Below are positions 36,894 to 46,148 of a stretch of DNA of 64,000 nucleotides, one piece after another. Location: positions 32,001-96,000 of IMG/VR virus record IMGVR_UViG_3300014501_000002; one strand, written 5' to 3'. A program made the translations under genes and the position numbers. The notes beneath the pieces were generated by a model. The model had not been told where the DNA came from and did no database searches. It saw only the letters and a list, made by a program, of their open reading frames with translations. Each line of letters begins with the position of its first letter. Positions within the stretch are counted from its first letter, which is position 1. This DNA is from a virus.

Positions 36894-38044
36894 TCACCCT
36901 CCGTCCGAAAGGTTTGGTCATCGCCTCGCGGCTTAATGCTTTTCCAGATTAGCACAGACGGATCTTTCTTGTCAAGCATTGCGAAAAGAACTGATCGCAA
37001 TTCGACCGGCTGTTCGGACACGAATTTCGCGAATTTAGCTCGGTACTCTCGATCTTGCAATTCCTCCGTCGGCAAATTCGTGACCCAGCGGTACGGGCGT
37101 TTGTCGTAGGCATTAATGGACCGCTGTAAAATATCGTCGTGCTCTTGAGTAAGCTTGTTTGCCCATGATGATAACCATCGTTTGAAATTCTCCGGCGCCG
37201 TGACAAACTCATCTAAACTCTTTCCTTCGGACAGCAACTCCCACACGCTGCGCGCGTTCATGCCGGTCACGATCTTGTGCAGCCGGACGTAGTCGGCCAT
37301 CTTAATTTTGACCTTGAGCGGCGGACATAGCGGAAGGTTGTACGTTACGACGTAACCCTCCTCATTCGGGATGTTGTCCTGCATGCAGTCGTGGATGTTG
37401 CGACCCTCGATTCGCTGGGCCACGCGGAAACCATCGCGCTCTCCGATATGCTTCACGATGTGGTGCGGCCGCTCCTGCCCGGTCGCGCGGTCGATCATTC
37501 CGATCAGGACCAGGCCTTCGTACGGATACTGCACGACGATCCGATTCTCGTTGTAGATGATTTCGAACAGCCACGTGTAATCGTCTCCGCGAGGCAAGAA
37601 TGCGTATTCTGCCCCTCCTACGCGACCTTGCACGCGGTCGGTCAGCCACTTCGTCGCCCATACAGCTTGCGGACTCGTGAAGCTGCCGCGCGTGGCAACG
37701 CCGTACTGGTCGTCGAACTGCCACAGAATGCCGAGACTACCGTCAAGCTTCTCAAGGATTGTTGGCGTCGTCTTCGGGAGATTTATTTCAAGCGTATCCG
37801 GAACGCTTAAGGTGTTCAGGTTATGAAATTTAGGAAAAGGGCGTGAAATGATATTGTCATCATCGTCGACAATTAGTCCGCGGCAATATGCAAGAGTGCC
37901 GTCACGCCAGTCTCCTTCGAATTGAGCATGCTGTGTGTAGTTGTAGATTCTCAAAGGGAGCGTTGGGTGTCGTTGCGCGCCCACAAGATGATTGTGCGCG
38001 TGCTTCACAAGGAGATCGGTGTCCAAGAGGTCGTAAAGCTTCAC
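36890..38044 (-). CDS. T4 Rnl1-like RNA ligase
   Basis: IYNY, CRGLI, RPFPKF, EKLDGSL (motif I), ATRGSF, FEII, EGYVV, KVKIK...Y. Confidence 0.9.
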   Translation of the reverse strand: MKLYDLLDTDLLVKHAHNHLVGAQRHPTLPLRIYNYTQHAQFEGDWRDGTLAYCRGLIVDDDDNIISRPFPKFHNLNTLSVPDTLEINLPKTTPTILEKLDGSLGILWQFDDQYGVATRGSFTSPQAVWATKWLTDRVQGRVGGAEYAFLPRGDDYTWLFEIIYNENRIVVQYPYEGLVLIGMIDRATGQERPHHIVKHIGERDGFRVAQRIEGRNIHDCMQDNIPNEEGYVVTYNLPLCPPLKVKIKMADYVRLHKIVTGMNARSVWELLSEGKSLDEFVTAPENFKRWLSSWANKLTQEHDDILQRSINAYDKRPYRWVTNLPTEELQDREYRAKFAKFVSEQPVELRSVLFAMLDKKDPSVLIWKSIKPRGDDQTFRTEGE

Positions 38045-38199
38045 GGCCGCGTCCAGAAATTCACGATCTTAGTCACACCCGGCTGCAGCGGACCCCAATC
38101 GAATACGGGTGGATGTATCGTGAAAAAGATGGCTAGCGTCGCCACAATCACCACAGTCAGGATCACGTAAAGTATACTAAGCCATTTGATCAAAGCCAT
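38041..38199 (-). CDS. Small single-TM membrane protein
   Basis: AGGAGG RBS before MALIKWLSILYVILTVVIVATLAIFF. Confidence 0.55.
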   Translation of the reverse strand: MALIKWLSILYVILTVVIVATLAIFFTIHPPVFDWGPLQPGVTKIVNFWTRP

Positions 38200-38201
38200 G
38201 T

Positions 38202-38396
38202 TTACCTCCTTCTGTTTATTCGATTTTCCATATCCTCGACGCACGCCGGGCAGCTTCGAAAGAAATGGTCCGAGTCTAATTCGCGGTGATTATGCTTCGC
38301 CGGTTCGATGGACGTCAGTACGGTGTCTATGATCCGCCACGCGGATAACGCCGCGCCCAGCACAATTAGGATAACAATTTGGTCGTCGCGTGTCAA
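38202..38396 (-). CDS. Small membrane protein, probable TTG start
   Basis: AAGGA RBS before TTG; hydrophobic IVILIVLGAALSAW. Confidence 0.45.
   Translation of the reverse strand: MTRDDQIVILIVLGAALSAWRIIDTVLTSIEPAKHNHRELDSDHFFRSCPACVEDMENRINRRR
38368..38396 (-). promoter_or_regulatory. Possible sigma70 promoter
   Basis: TTGACA-17-TATCCT. Confidence 0.45.
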
Positions 38397-38397
38397 G

Positions 38398-38628
38398 TTA
38401 TTCCTTGTGTGTCGTAGTTTGAGCCTCAAGAAAATCGGCGATCTGCCGGAGGCAACCTTCGTCGAATATAGCTTGCGACGCCTGGAATGTATACTTACGC
38501 CACGGCGCGTACCAATAGACTCCACCGAGGTCTGCACCGCCGGGTGACGCCTGGACGGTCCAGCGCTTTGTTTTCCCGGACGGGCTAGTGCCCGCGTCCG
38601 TGAATTTGATGAATGTCTTTTCGGTCAT
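38398..38628 (-). CDS. Hypothetical phage protein
   Basis: GGAGG RBS; SGKTxxW...LGxVxWYAPWRKY. Confidence 0.65.
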   Translation of the reverse strand: MTEKTFIKFTDAGTSPSGKTKRWTVQASPGGADLGGVYWYAPWRKYTFQASQAIFDEGCLRQIADFLEAQTTTHKE

Positions 38629-38686
38629 TTCTTTCCTCCACAAACGAATTTAAATACTTTATCGGTCAAGTATCCCAAATGGTAAG

Positions 38687-39094
38687 CTACGGTTTAGGAT
38701 ACACGATCAGGATACGTTTGTCAACCTGTGTTCTTGCGAACCGTACGGTGGACCAGGTTCCGGACCGAATCACTTCATACGGTAGTGCGGGCGCCGCGAT
38801 CAGAACTTGGGACTGATTCACGATCTTCCGGTTGCGTACCAGGAAATCGTCTTCCGGCTCGACGCGATCCCACAACGCGTACGCGCGGAGCCGGGGAATT
38901 TTTCCGGGGAACACCCACTGCTTGTATCCGATCTTCGTCGACATTATTGCCGCGGTCTGGTCTGCACCGATGCAATCTCCGTGCAAGAACCAATTCGGCG
39001 TCCACGCTGTATAAAACTTGAACAGAAGGTTACGCACACCCTCGGTTTGTTTCGCGGTCGTGCCGCGCTGTGTACCGGTGAATCCAACGTTCAT
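38687..39094 (-). CDS. SLOG-superfamily (DprA/YpsA-like) nucleotide-binding protein
   Basis: VGFTGT, HGDCIGAD, RNxxIV, SGTWST. Confidence 0.75.
   Translation of the reverse strand: MNVGFTGTQRGTTAKQTEGVRNLLFKFYTAWTPNWFLHGDCIGADQTAAIMSTKIGYKQWVFPGKIPRLRAYALWDRVEPEDDFLVRNRKIVNQSQVLIAAPALPYEVIRSGTWSTVRFARTQVDKRILIVYPKP
38696..38724 (-). promoter_or_regulatory. Sigma70-type promoter
   Basis: TTGACA-17-TATCCT. Confidence 0.55.
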
Positions 39095-39558
39095 GAATTT
39101 ATCCGGTTAACCCATCCGATAACGAATCCCCGCTCTGATGGCTTCTCTGCTCCGATCGCAAATGCGCGACGAACAAATTCAGTCCTATACTTGAGCAATA
39201 AAGTAACAGGCTCTGCGCTGTTGACCGCCGCGAGAGTCTCCTCACCGAAAACTCCGTCCGCAGTTATGTCAAGAGCGGTTTGGATCGCTTCGATCGCGGT
39301 ACGGACACCAAACAGGACGCCCAAATCGAAAAGCTTCGACGCGATGGATTGGCTTTCAATTTGGCTATAAAATGGTTTCCAGTAACTTTGAACGTAATAA
39401 TTCTCGGCCTGTTCCACGGTCAACGCGCGCATGTCTTGGCCGGGCATGTCCGCTTGCGTGATACCCATATTCGTGACGCCGCCCGGATCATTGGGGTTAT
39501 TAACGTACCCGCCTTCGTGCACGAGTGTTAAAGCTATCGCTATTTTCGGATCGGCCAT
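39091..39558 (-). CDS. Glycosyl hydrolase family 108 endolysin
   Basis: HEGGYVNNPNDPGGVTNMGIT, DGxxGxxT, GWVNR. Confidence 0.9.
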   Translation of the reverse strand: MADPKIAIALTLVHEGGYVNNPNDPGGVTNMGITQADMPGQDMRALTVEQAENYYVQSYWKPFYSQIESQSIASKLFDLGVLFGVRTAIEAIQTALDITADGVFGEETLAAVNSAEPVTLLLKYRTEFVRRAFAIGAEKPSERGFVIGWVNRINS

Positions 39559-39559
39559 G

Positions 39560-40201
39560 TTACTCTCCTGTGTTTAGTTCGTACGTCGATAATTCTGCGA
39601 CGCACGTGAACTTCGTATCGTAAAACGGTGTTGCGAATGAATGGTTTATATGGTAGTGCCCGAACACCCATTCCTTCGGTTGGTGCGCATCCAACATACA
39701 CTGCAGCGCTTGCGCGGTCCGGCTGTACTGGCAATCGCCTTTTGCCGCGAAGTACGTGCCATCAAGGCCGTGTAGAAGCACCGCGGCCGCTTTCGATGGC
39801 GCCTCGTGACTCAGCACATAATCTGGTTTGGTCGAGGTGTAGAGTTGAATCGCCTTGTCTAGTTCTGCGTAGCTCAATTCCTCATCATTCCACCAGCTTA
39901 CGCCTTCGACACGAATCGCACGGTCGATAGACCAGGCCCCCGCGAGATAGAACAATCGGTCGGCGGGCAAGTATCCGTAATCTCCGAGATAATTCGGATT
40001 CGCACGACACTTTTCTGGATTGTCGTGATTGCCGCGGAACCAATGATGATTTTGCGTCATTTCATGTAATCCCACGCCGGGGAAACCAATTCCCATATCC
40101 CCAACTTGAAATGTGCGTACACCCTCATACTTCTGCCGCAGCATCTTCTGATACTGCTGAGTCTTACCGTGAACGTCACCGATCACTACTATTCTTGCCA
40201 T
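39560..40201 (-). CDS. Calcineurin-like metallophosphoesterase
   Basis: GDVHG, VGD, GNHD, SH, FGHYH; ATG at 40201 with GGAGG RBS. Confidence 0.88.
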   Translation of the reverse strand: MARIVVIGDVHGKTQQYQKMLRQKYEGVRTFQVGDMGIGFPGVGLHEMTQNHHWFRGNHDNPEKCRANPNYLGDYGYLPADRLFYLAGAWSIDRAIRVEGVSWWNDEELSYAELDKAIQLYTSTKPDYVLSHEAPSKAAAVLLHGLDGTYFAAKGDCQYSRTAQALQCMLDAHQPKEWVFGHYHINHSFATPFYDTKFTCVAELSTYELNTGE

Positions 40202-40495
40202 GTTAAAACCTCCCGCAGGGCTGTCCATACACCCCACCTGTTCTTTCACAATATTCTTCGGTTTCGCCGCAAAACGGACAATGTTTCTTCATTGCGTTAC
40301 GCCGATTCAACTCTTCTTGTAATTCTTGTTCCGTAAAATCCTTAAGTTCTTTTTCCATGTTCAGATTCTCCAGTGTTTATTTACTTTTCGTGCCATGAAT
40401 TCTCTCCCTCCACCATTTACTCAAACGTCGCGCAATTTCCACAATAACCAGCCATAATATCGCGGCCCAAAACATTATCTCTGTGCTCACTGGAT

Positions 40496-42065
40496 TCACG
40501 GCCGGGTACCGGGTTGAACGAGTCCGGCGTTGATGCGACGGCTCACATCGGTTTGACGTTGCGCATGCCTACGCTTCGCGTGAAATCTAAAGCGTATAAT
40601 GTCCGCGGCCTTATCGACGCATCGAGTGATGTCGGGTTGGTTCTTGTCACCCTTAATCTCTGCTCGCAAGCTGACGAGGTCAAAGAACAGGTTCGTTAGA
40701 TGCAGCAATTCCAAGGTCAGAGGATGACGATGCGGCCGAAACCTCTGTTTTGCAACGGATGCGGCGCCTAACACGCCCTTGCGTGTGGTCTGCGATGCTA
40801 GCACCGGAGATTCGTCTTCGAAGTACGGGTCGCCTTCCTTGTCATGCGTTGCATAGACTGGTGTGCAAATCTTCGTCGAGTAATGTCGGTCGCCACAGAT
40901 GGCGCACTTATACATCTTGCCGAGTTGTGGATTGCGGTCGGTGTAAGACTTCGCGCGACGGTCGTTGATAAATTTCGCGATCTGAGCCTGTAACGCTTTC
41001 TGTTTCGGATCGACACTATCCAGCATGTTTATTTTAATCATATGCCTCCTTATGGTTTGATCAGCATGCCCTTCAACATTTTACGGTCGTACTCGTTTAA
41101 CCGGAGAACATTCACATCATCGTACACGGTTTGTTTGAACGCGCTCCCAGCAAGTTTATTAACCCGTTCGTAGTAGGTTGTTCCGTCTGCACACACATGA
41201 TCCGATGGGCGACCGGTGTATTCTGCCCGGCAATGAAAACAAACGAACGGGGACGGTTCAAACAGCATTGACGCGTGCTTTTTCTTCCTGCGCAACCTGA
41301 TATAACAACGCGTCGTACTGCGCGAGCAAGAAGCGTGTATCGTCGCCTGTGACCGCCAGCTTACTGTTTAGGTTGTTGCGAATCCCGGAAATGATTTGCT
41401 CCGGAGTCCGGTCCGCTAGCTTCTGCTTGTTGCTCTTGTTAACCGCGTTCTCGGCGGCCTTTCCTACATTATGTCCCATGTATCCTCCTTTGTTTACAAT
41501 TAAAGATGCCTTTCTCTAGCAACGGCGAACGGCCACAAGACCAAATTCCCATCAAAATCAAAATGTGATGGGTAACCCTCGACTGCCAAACGATCCTGTA
41601 ACTTTTTCAATTCGATCATTCCGACTCGTTTCTCTCGTGCTAGCTCAGCCTTATGGGCATCGACGGCGGCTTTCTTTACTGGATTGCACGGCGAGCCTCG
41701 GTGAAAATCGTTCTCATGACAGAACTCACAAAATTCATGATTTCCCATGTATCCTCCTTTTATTTCTCGTATGCTGGGTCGAGCGGATGACGTTCAAAAC
41801 CATGACGCCGCAGCTTCGTTGCACAATCTCGACACTTCTTGATTTCCGTGATGGCTGTTTCTCGGAAAATATAAGTGTTGCTGGTAAGTGGTATCGGCAC
41901 CTTACTAACCGACCCGTGCGGACACTTAATGAAAATTACCGAAAGAAAACCTGGGTCGGACGCTGGCGGCGCGAGTGTCGCCGCCCCTAATTCTAGAAAC
42001 TCTTGCATGTCCTTAATCGCGCTTATTGCGCTAGACGTAATGCCGTACACATGACTGAACGCCAT
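40496..42065 (-). CDS. Five hypothetical genes (40496..41041, 41050..41295, 41258..41479, 41500..41748, 41760..42065), several with CxxC
   Basis: Most have GGAGG RBS; co-oriented. Confidence 0.6.
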
Positions 42066-42073
42066 TTGCCCTC

Positions 42074-42748
42074 CTATTCTTTCGGCCGAATTCCGTGAAA
42101 TATATCGCTCAGTCTGAGGCCACCCTCATAACACCCGCTAATGTCCGCGGATGGCGATCGACCATTATTCAACGAATCATACCCGGTTGTCAAGAACAAA
42201 ACGCGACCTTGTTGCGGATCAGGTTCGAATGGCACAACCATCTTACCACGTTCTTCCAGCGTAATCAAGTTAACTAATTCGATGTAATCGATGAATTCTT
42301 TCTGCCGAGCGCTGATCTTCTCGTGCTTTAACCCGTACGCGCGCTGCACATCGGCCTTGCTGATCAAATCAATGCGGGGCACCTTCTCGCGTACCACGGG
42401 GCGCCATATATGCCCTAGGTTGTCCGACGCGGGAAAGCCGGGCTCGCACCGCGCGACGATGCCTTTCTTCTTTTTGAACGCCCATAAAGCTTGCCCGATC
42501 TTCGTCAGTTCTACAGCCTCATGGTAAGTGGTCCATTTCCTGCACTTACAGTGCACCGGCATCCGATAGTACTCCGGAATTTTCTTCAGTTCTTCGAGAT
42601 AGGGTTTCTCCTCCTTCTCATCTTTGCGCGCGTTCTTGACGCAAATGTAGCGCTCGTTTGGCATCATATCGTCTTCGAGCACTTGACCGCGGTTCCGTAA
42701 CGGGTTGCAAGTGTGAACCTTGACCGAAAAATATACGACATGGCCCAT
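42074..42748 (-). CDS. Hypothetical protein (start uncertain)
   Basis: 224 aa ORF on the coding strand. Confidence 0.6.
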   Translation of the reverse strand: MGHVVYFSVKVHTCNPLRNRGQVLEDDMMPNERYICVKNARKDEKEEKPYLEELKKIPEYYRMPVHCKCRKWTTYHEAVELTKIGQALWAFKKKKGIVARCEPGFPASDNLGHIWRPVVREKVPRIDLISKADVQRAYGLKHEKISARQKEFIDYIELVNLITLEERGKMVVPFEPDPQQGRVLFLTTGYDSLNNGRSPSADISGCYEGGLRLSDIFHGIRPKE

Positions 42749-42755
42749 CGGAGTC

Positions 42756-43199
42756 CTACCTTTCGGAGCTATCTTCCTCTCCTAATATAGGTTCTGATCT
42801 AGGCACGCTTTTCGGGCGCCCTTTAGGCTTTCCAAGTGGGCCGGAACCGTTGGCGCGCTGCCCTTGCGAAACCCTTTTTATAGAACGGATCAGGGACCGA
42901 ACCGCAACAATGGAAAGCGGTAAATCCTCCGCGATCTGGCCTTCTGTGTAATGTTTGCGGTAATAAAGTTGAATCACGCGCATCCACCGACCTGCGCGAG
43001 CCCGTTGCTTAGGATTATGCGCCAGCTTCGGAAACGATTTGAGCAGTATTTCACGAATGCTCGTATCACTCTTCGTCCACTCCGGATCTTCACGTTCGCT
43101 TTGACGAACGATGATGATCTGATGCCCTGAAGTGAATACGTCATTGTGATCGATTTTCCGACGCAATCTTCCAGCGATCCCTCGCGGGCTATTATTCAT
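42756..43199 (-). CDS. Sigma70 region-4-like HTH transcription regulator
   Basis: RVIQLYYRKHYTEGQIAEDLPLSIVAVRSLIRSIK. Confidence 0.6.
   Translation of the reverse strand: MNNSPRGIAGRLRRKIDHNDVFTSGHQIIIVRQSEREDPEWTKSDTSIREILLKSFPKLAHNPKQRARAGRWMRVIQLYYRKHYTEGQIAEDLPLSIVAVRSLIRSIKRVSQGQRANGSGPLGKPKGRPKSVPRSEPILGEEDSSER
42777..42811 (-). promoter_or_regulatory. Copy 1 of 35-bp direct repeat, candidate phage promoter
   Basis: 33/35 identical to 63920..63954. Confidence 0.6.
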
Positions 43200-43526
43200 T
43201 TATACTCCGGGTTTAAGTTCTTCGATATCCTGACACACGTCCGATGTATCGTCTAATTCTGTGTTGACACCGGCGCGACCGTCACCACGTGAATGATCAA
43301 GTTCTCGGTCAAACTGATGGCTCTGGAAATGAACTAGCTTATCGGCTTCGTCCGTTGTTGGATTGTACCGGCGACCGATCGTCTTCAATTGATCCTGCCG
43401 TTCGTGAATCAGTGTATCATCACCGTACGCCGAACGTCCGCTGCAAATATAGCGAAAATTCGGTGAGACCGCCCCGTCGATCTCGATAAAATTAGGGCAC
43501 TTCTCGACTTCACATTGTATTTTCAT
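43200..43526 (-). CDS. Hypothetical protein
   Basis: TAATG coupling. Confidence 0.6.
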   Translation of the reverse strand: MKIQCEVEKCPNFIEIDGAVSPNFRYICSGRSAYGDDTLIHERQDQLKTIGRRYNPTTDEADKLVHFQSHQFDRELDHSRGDGRAGVNTELDDTSDVCQDIEELKPGV

Positions 43527-44731
43527 TACTCTTCCTCCGGTCCATCATCGTCTGCGAATAGCTCGTCCAATTCGCTACTGTCAGACTTTTTAAAATTTAA
43601 ATCTCTGTAATTCTTATCGTTCAACACGAATGCTTGGAAGTACGGATCACGTGTGTCGTCATGCGGGTACTTTACCCCGAACGTATCGTCCCACGTATTC
43701 GTGGCCCACGCATTCACGATCCCTTGAATCTGCCGCCCGGCAACGCGGCCCGCGACCGCTGCCTCTTCGGCTGTGATGAGCGCGGCATTGAACTGCACAC
43801 GGCAACACGTCAGCGATGATTCTTGTACCTTGACGGCGTTGGTCTCTAACCACTCGAACTTACGCGCCTGGGACAACTTTGTGTTCTCTAACGCACCTTT
43901 GGCGTTGCGGCCTTGTGCCTTATCCATCTCCGTGATGAAATAGTCATTCACGACGAGGTAAATGAAGTCGTCGCCTTCTGCAGCTACGACGGCCTCCGAT
44001 CCCGCCTTAAACACGCCCGCATCCTCCAGAAGCATCACGCTCTTGCCCTTGGAGAAGTTGCTGTTCGCTTTCTTGAACCACAAAAACGCGACCGTGCGAA
44101 TGTTCGAGAGCCACGAGTACCGACGCAACTGCATGTCGTACCGCGACATCCCCTGCGCCTCATGGAAATCTTTGGCGCCGGTCTTGATGTCGACAATCAA
44201 CGGGCGAAAAATCCCGAACTCCGGCTTCCATTCCATCTTCGGAAGCATCGGATGATTCGGTTGCACGTAGCACACGATGTCCAGCTTCCCCGCGTCTTCA
44301 ATTTCACCGTACGTCTGGTCGCCGGGGTAAACTTCCTTCGCATACTCGCGCTGAAAAATCGATTGGGCGCCCATGGGGATCGGGAACACCGGCTGCTTGA
44401 TCATGTATAGCCGCATCATATCGCGACCGCAGCGGTCCAAGTTCTCCCAAGTCTTCTCAGTCTTGGTGAACTTCAACTCCTTGTCGTCTTTATGCACGGC
44501 CCACTTCGCGATGAACGTCTCTAGGCCTCGTGTGCCGTTGTTCTCGTGGTAGAACTGAATGGCCTCTTCAAGCGCGCGGCCGAACTTGAACGCGGCTTTA
44601 TTATCCTTCTCGCGCCAGCCTAGCACACGTCGGAGATAATATTTCGACGGCGACTGGTCGAAGTCATTACCCGCGCTGTACGAGTGTTTCCGCCACGGAA
44701 TTCCGCGGGTTGTTATGTAAAGGAAGGGCAT
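43526..44731 (-). CDS. PD-(D/E)XK exonuclease (RecB/Cas4-like phage family)
   Basis: HSYS, GKLD, IVDIKTG, QLRRY. Confidence 0.8.
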   Translation of the reverse strand: MPFLYITTRGIPWRKHSYSAGNDFDQSPSKYYLRRVLGWREKDNKAAFKFGRALEEAIQFYHENNGTRGLETFIAKWAVHKDDKELKFTKTEKTWENLDRCGRDMMRLYMIKQPVFPIPMGAQSIFQREYAKEVYPGDQTYGEIEDAGKLDIVCYVQPNHPMLPKMEWKPEFGIFRPLIVDIKTGAKDFHEAQGMSRYDMQLRRYSWLSNIRTVAFLWFKKANSNFSKGKSVMLLEDAGVFKAGSEAVVAAEGDDFIYLVVNDYFITEMDKAQGRNAKGALENTKLSQARKFEWLETNAVKVQESSLTCCRVQFNAALITAEEAAVAGRVAGRQIQGIVNAWATNTWDDTFGVKYPHDDTRDPYFQAFVLNDKNYRDLNFKKSDSSELDELFADDDGPEEE

Positions 44732-45246
44732 GATCTCTCCAAGTTTGCTACCAGCATTTTCAATTCACGCAGAGTAGCATTATTTTTGATCGTATTAGCT
44801 CTATGACTTATTACCCAACAGTTTTCTTTGTTGTACCCTTTCGTTGAATCAATTCTGTCGACAGACGGACTGTTAAAGCTGGTTTTCTTGTTCGTAACCC
44901 GAATTTTGATTCCTAATAAAGGACAGTTTTTCGGCACAATTAAATCTATCGGATGAAGAGAGAAGTCGATTCCTAGCTCCTTCGCTCGATTCCTAGCTGA
45001 GTCCCACAACATCCAAGCTTTCGTGCCCCACAAACCGTGTTTGAAACCTTTCGGTTTGCAATATTTGCATGCTGAGACTCGGCCGGATCGAATCATATAG
45101 CCGCGATTGCTCACGGTCATCCCACAATCGCACAACACTCTATACCACACCTCCGAATGACCGCCAGAGATTCGATCTTTCGCCCGGGAGACAACAGTTA
45201 GTTTCCCAAACTTTCTCCCGATAATGGGTATTAATGGACGCCCCAT
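44713..45246 (-). CDS. HNH-type homing endonuclease
   Basis: FGKLTV, CDCG, CPLLG, SVDRIDSTKGYxxxN...N. Confidence 0.8.
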   Translation of the reverse strand: MGRPLIPIIGRKFGKLTVVSRAKDRISGGHSEVWYRVLCDCGMTVSNRGYMIRSGRVSACKYCKPKGFKHGLWGTKAWMLWDSARNRAKELGIDFSLHPIDLIVPKNCPLLGIKIRVTNKKTSFNSPSVDRIDSTKGYNKENCWVISHRANTIKNNATLRELKMLVANLERSCPSFT

Positions 45247-45645
45247 TATTCACACCTCGGGTCAGTGAATGTGAACGTGCCGTCAATTCTATACTTCTCA
45301 AAATCCAGGTCAGTCTCTTTGTCGCCATCTGTAGCCGCGACCCACTCGTAAAACAAATCGGTCATGTCGATGTCAACCAGGATGAAGTAGTCGTGCCCAC
45401 TGTTGTCGCTGTGAATTGCGTAGCGTTGCGGCTCGTTAGTCTTCGTCTTCATCGTTCTCCTCCGCAATACCGAATCCGTCGTGCATCCACTCTTCTTCAA
45501 AATCACTGATGTGGAACCCATCTGCAATCCGGTTCGCCTCGTCCAATTCTTCTTGACAACTGACGCAGATGTTGTACCCGTCCTCGACATAATCAGCGAA
45601 GGCGGTTTCATCCAAAAAGAAATTACAGATATCGCAGCGGTTCAT
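45246..45645 (-). CDS. Two small acidic hypothetical genes (about 45246..45452 and 45436..45645)
   Basis: GGAG RBS sites; overlaps with neighbours. Confidence 0.55.
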
Positions 45646-46148
45646 GGTTTCTCCTTTGATTCTTTGAGTTTTCTTAGAGCCGGGCCTATAAACTCCATCA
45701 TTTCGTCATATGAAAGATGGTCTAATTTTACTCTGTTGCACCTAATGCAACTGGGCACGACGTTGTGAGCCGCATAAGGAGTGCGGGGATCTACTTTATC
45801 GAGAGAATATCCCTTTAATCCCAGTGGTCCTAAACAATAATGGCAGCTATTGAGCCCGATAAGGTTAGAATAAAAATTTAAACTCCACAGCGGGTCTGAT
45901 TTAGGCGTACACGCTTTCTTTAAAAAGAATTTTAATCTCCCGTGCCTAAAAGAAATAGTCTTTTGAAGATTAGATCGATAAGATGCGTGAGTGATGTAAT
46001 AGTTTTTAGAATACAAACGTAAGTCGTCTCGATGTTGAATACGATACTTTCCTTCGCACACTTTACACCATCCTTTCCGCTTTTTAAGAACGGAAGGTGT
46101 AGTATTGCTCCTTGTGAGAGCCTTCTTGCACTTATAGCATTTCATCAT
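45642..46148 (-). CDS. HNH-type homing endonuclease
   Basis: CHYC, SLDKVD, NVVPSCIRCN; AT-rich. Confidence 0.75.
   Translation of the reverse strand: MMKCYKCKKALTRSNTTPSVLKKRKGWCKVCEGKYRIQHRDDLRLYSKNYYITHASYRSNLQKTISFRHGRLKFFLKKACTPKSDPLWSLNFYSNLIGLNSCHYCLGPLGLKGYSLDKVDPRTPYAAHNVVPSCIRCNRVKLDHLSYDEMMEFIGPALRKLKESKEKP

Noticed and set aside
43526-44731. Cas4 as part of a CRISPR-Cas locus
   Set aside because: No other cas genes or array; fits an ordinary phage PD-(D/E)XK exonuclease
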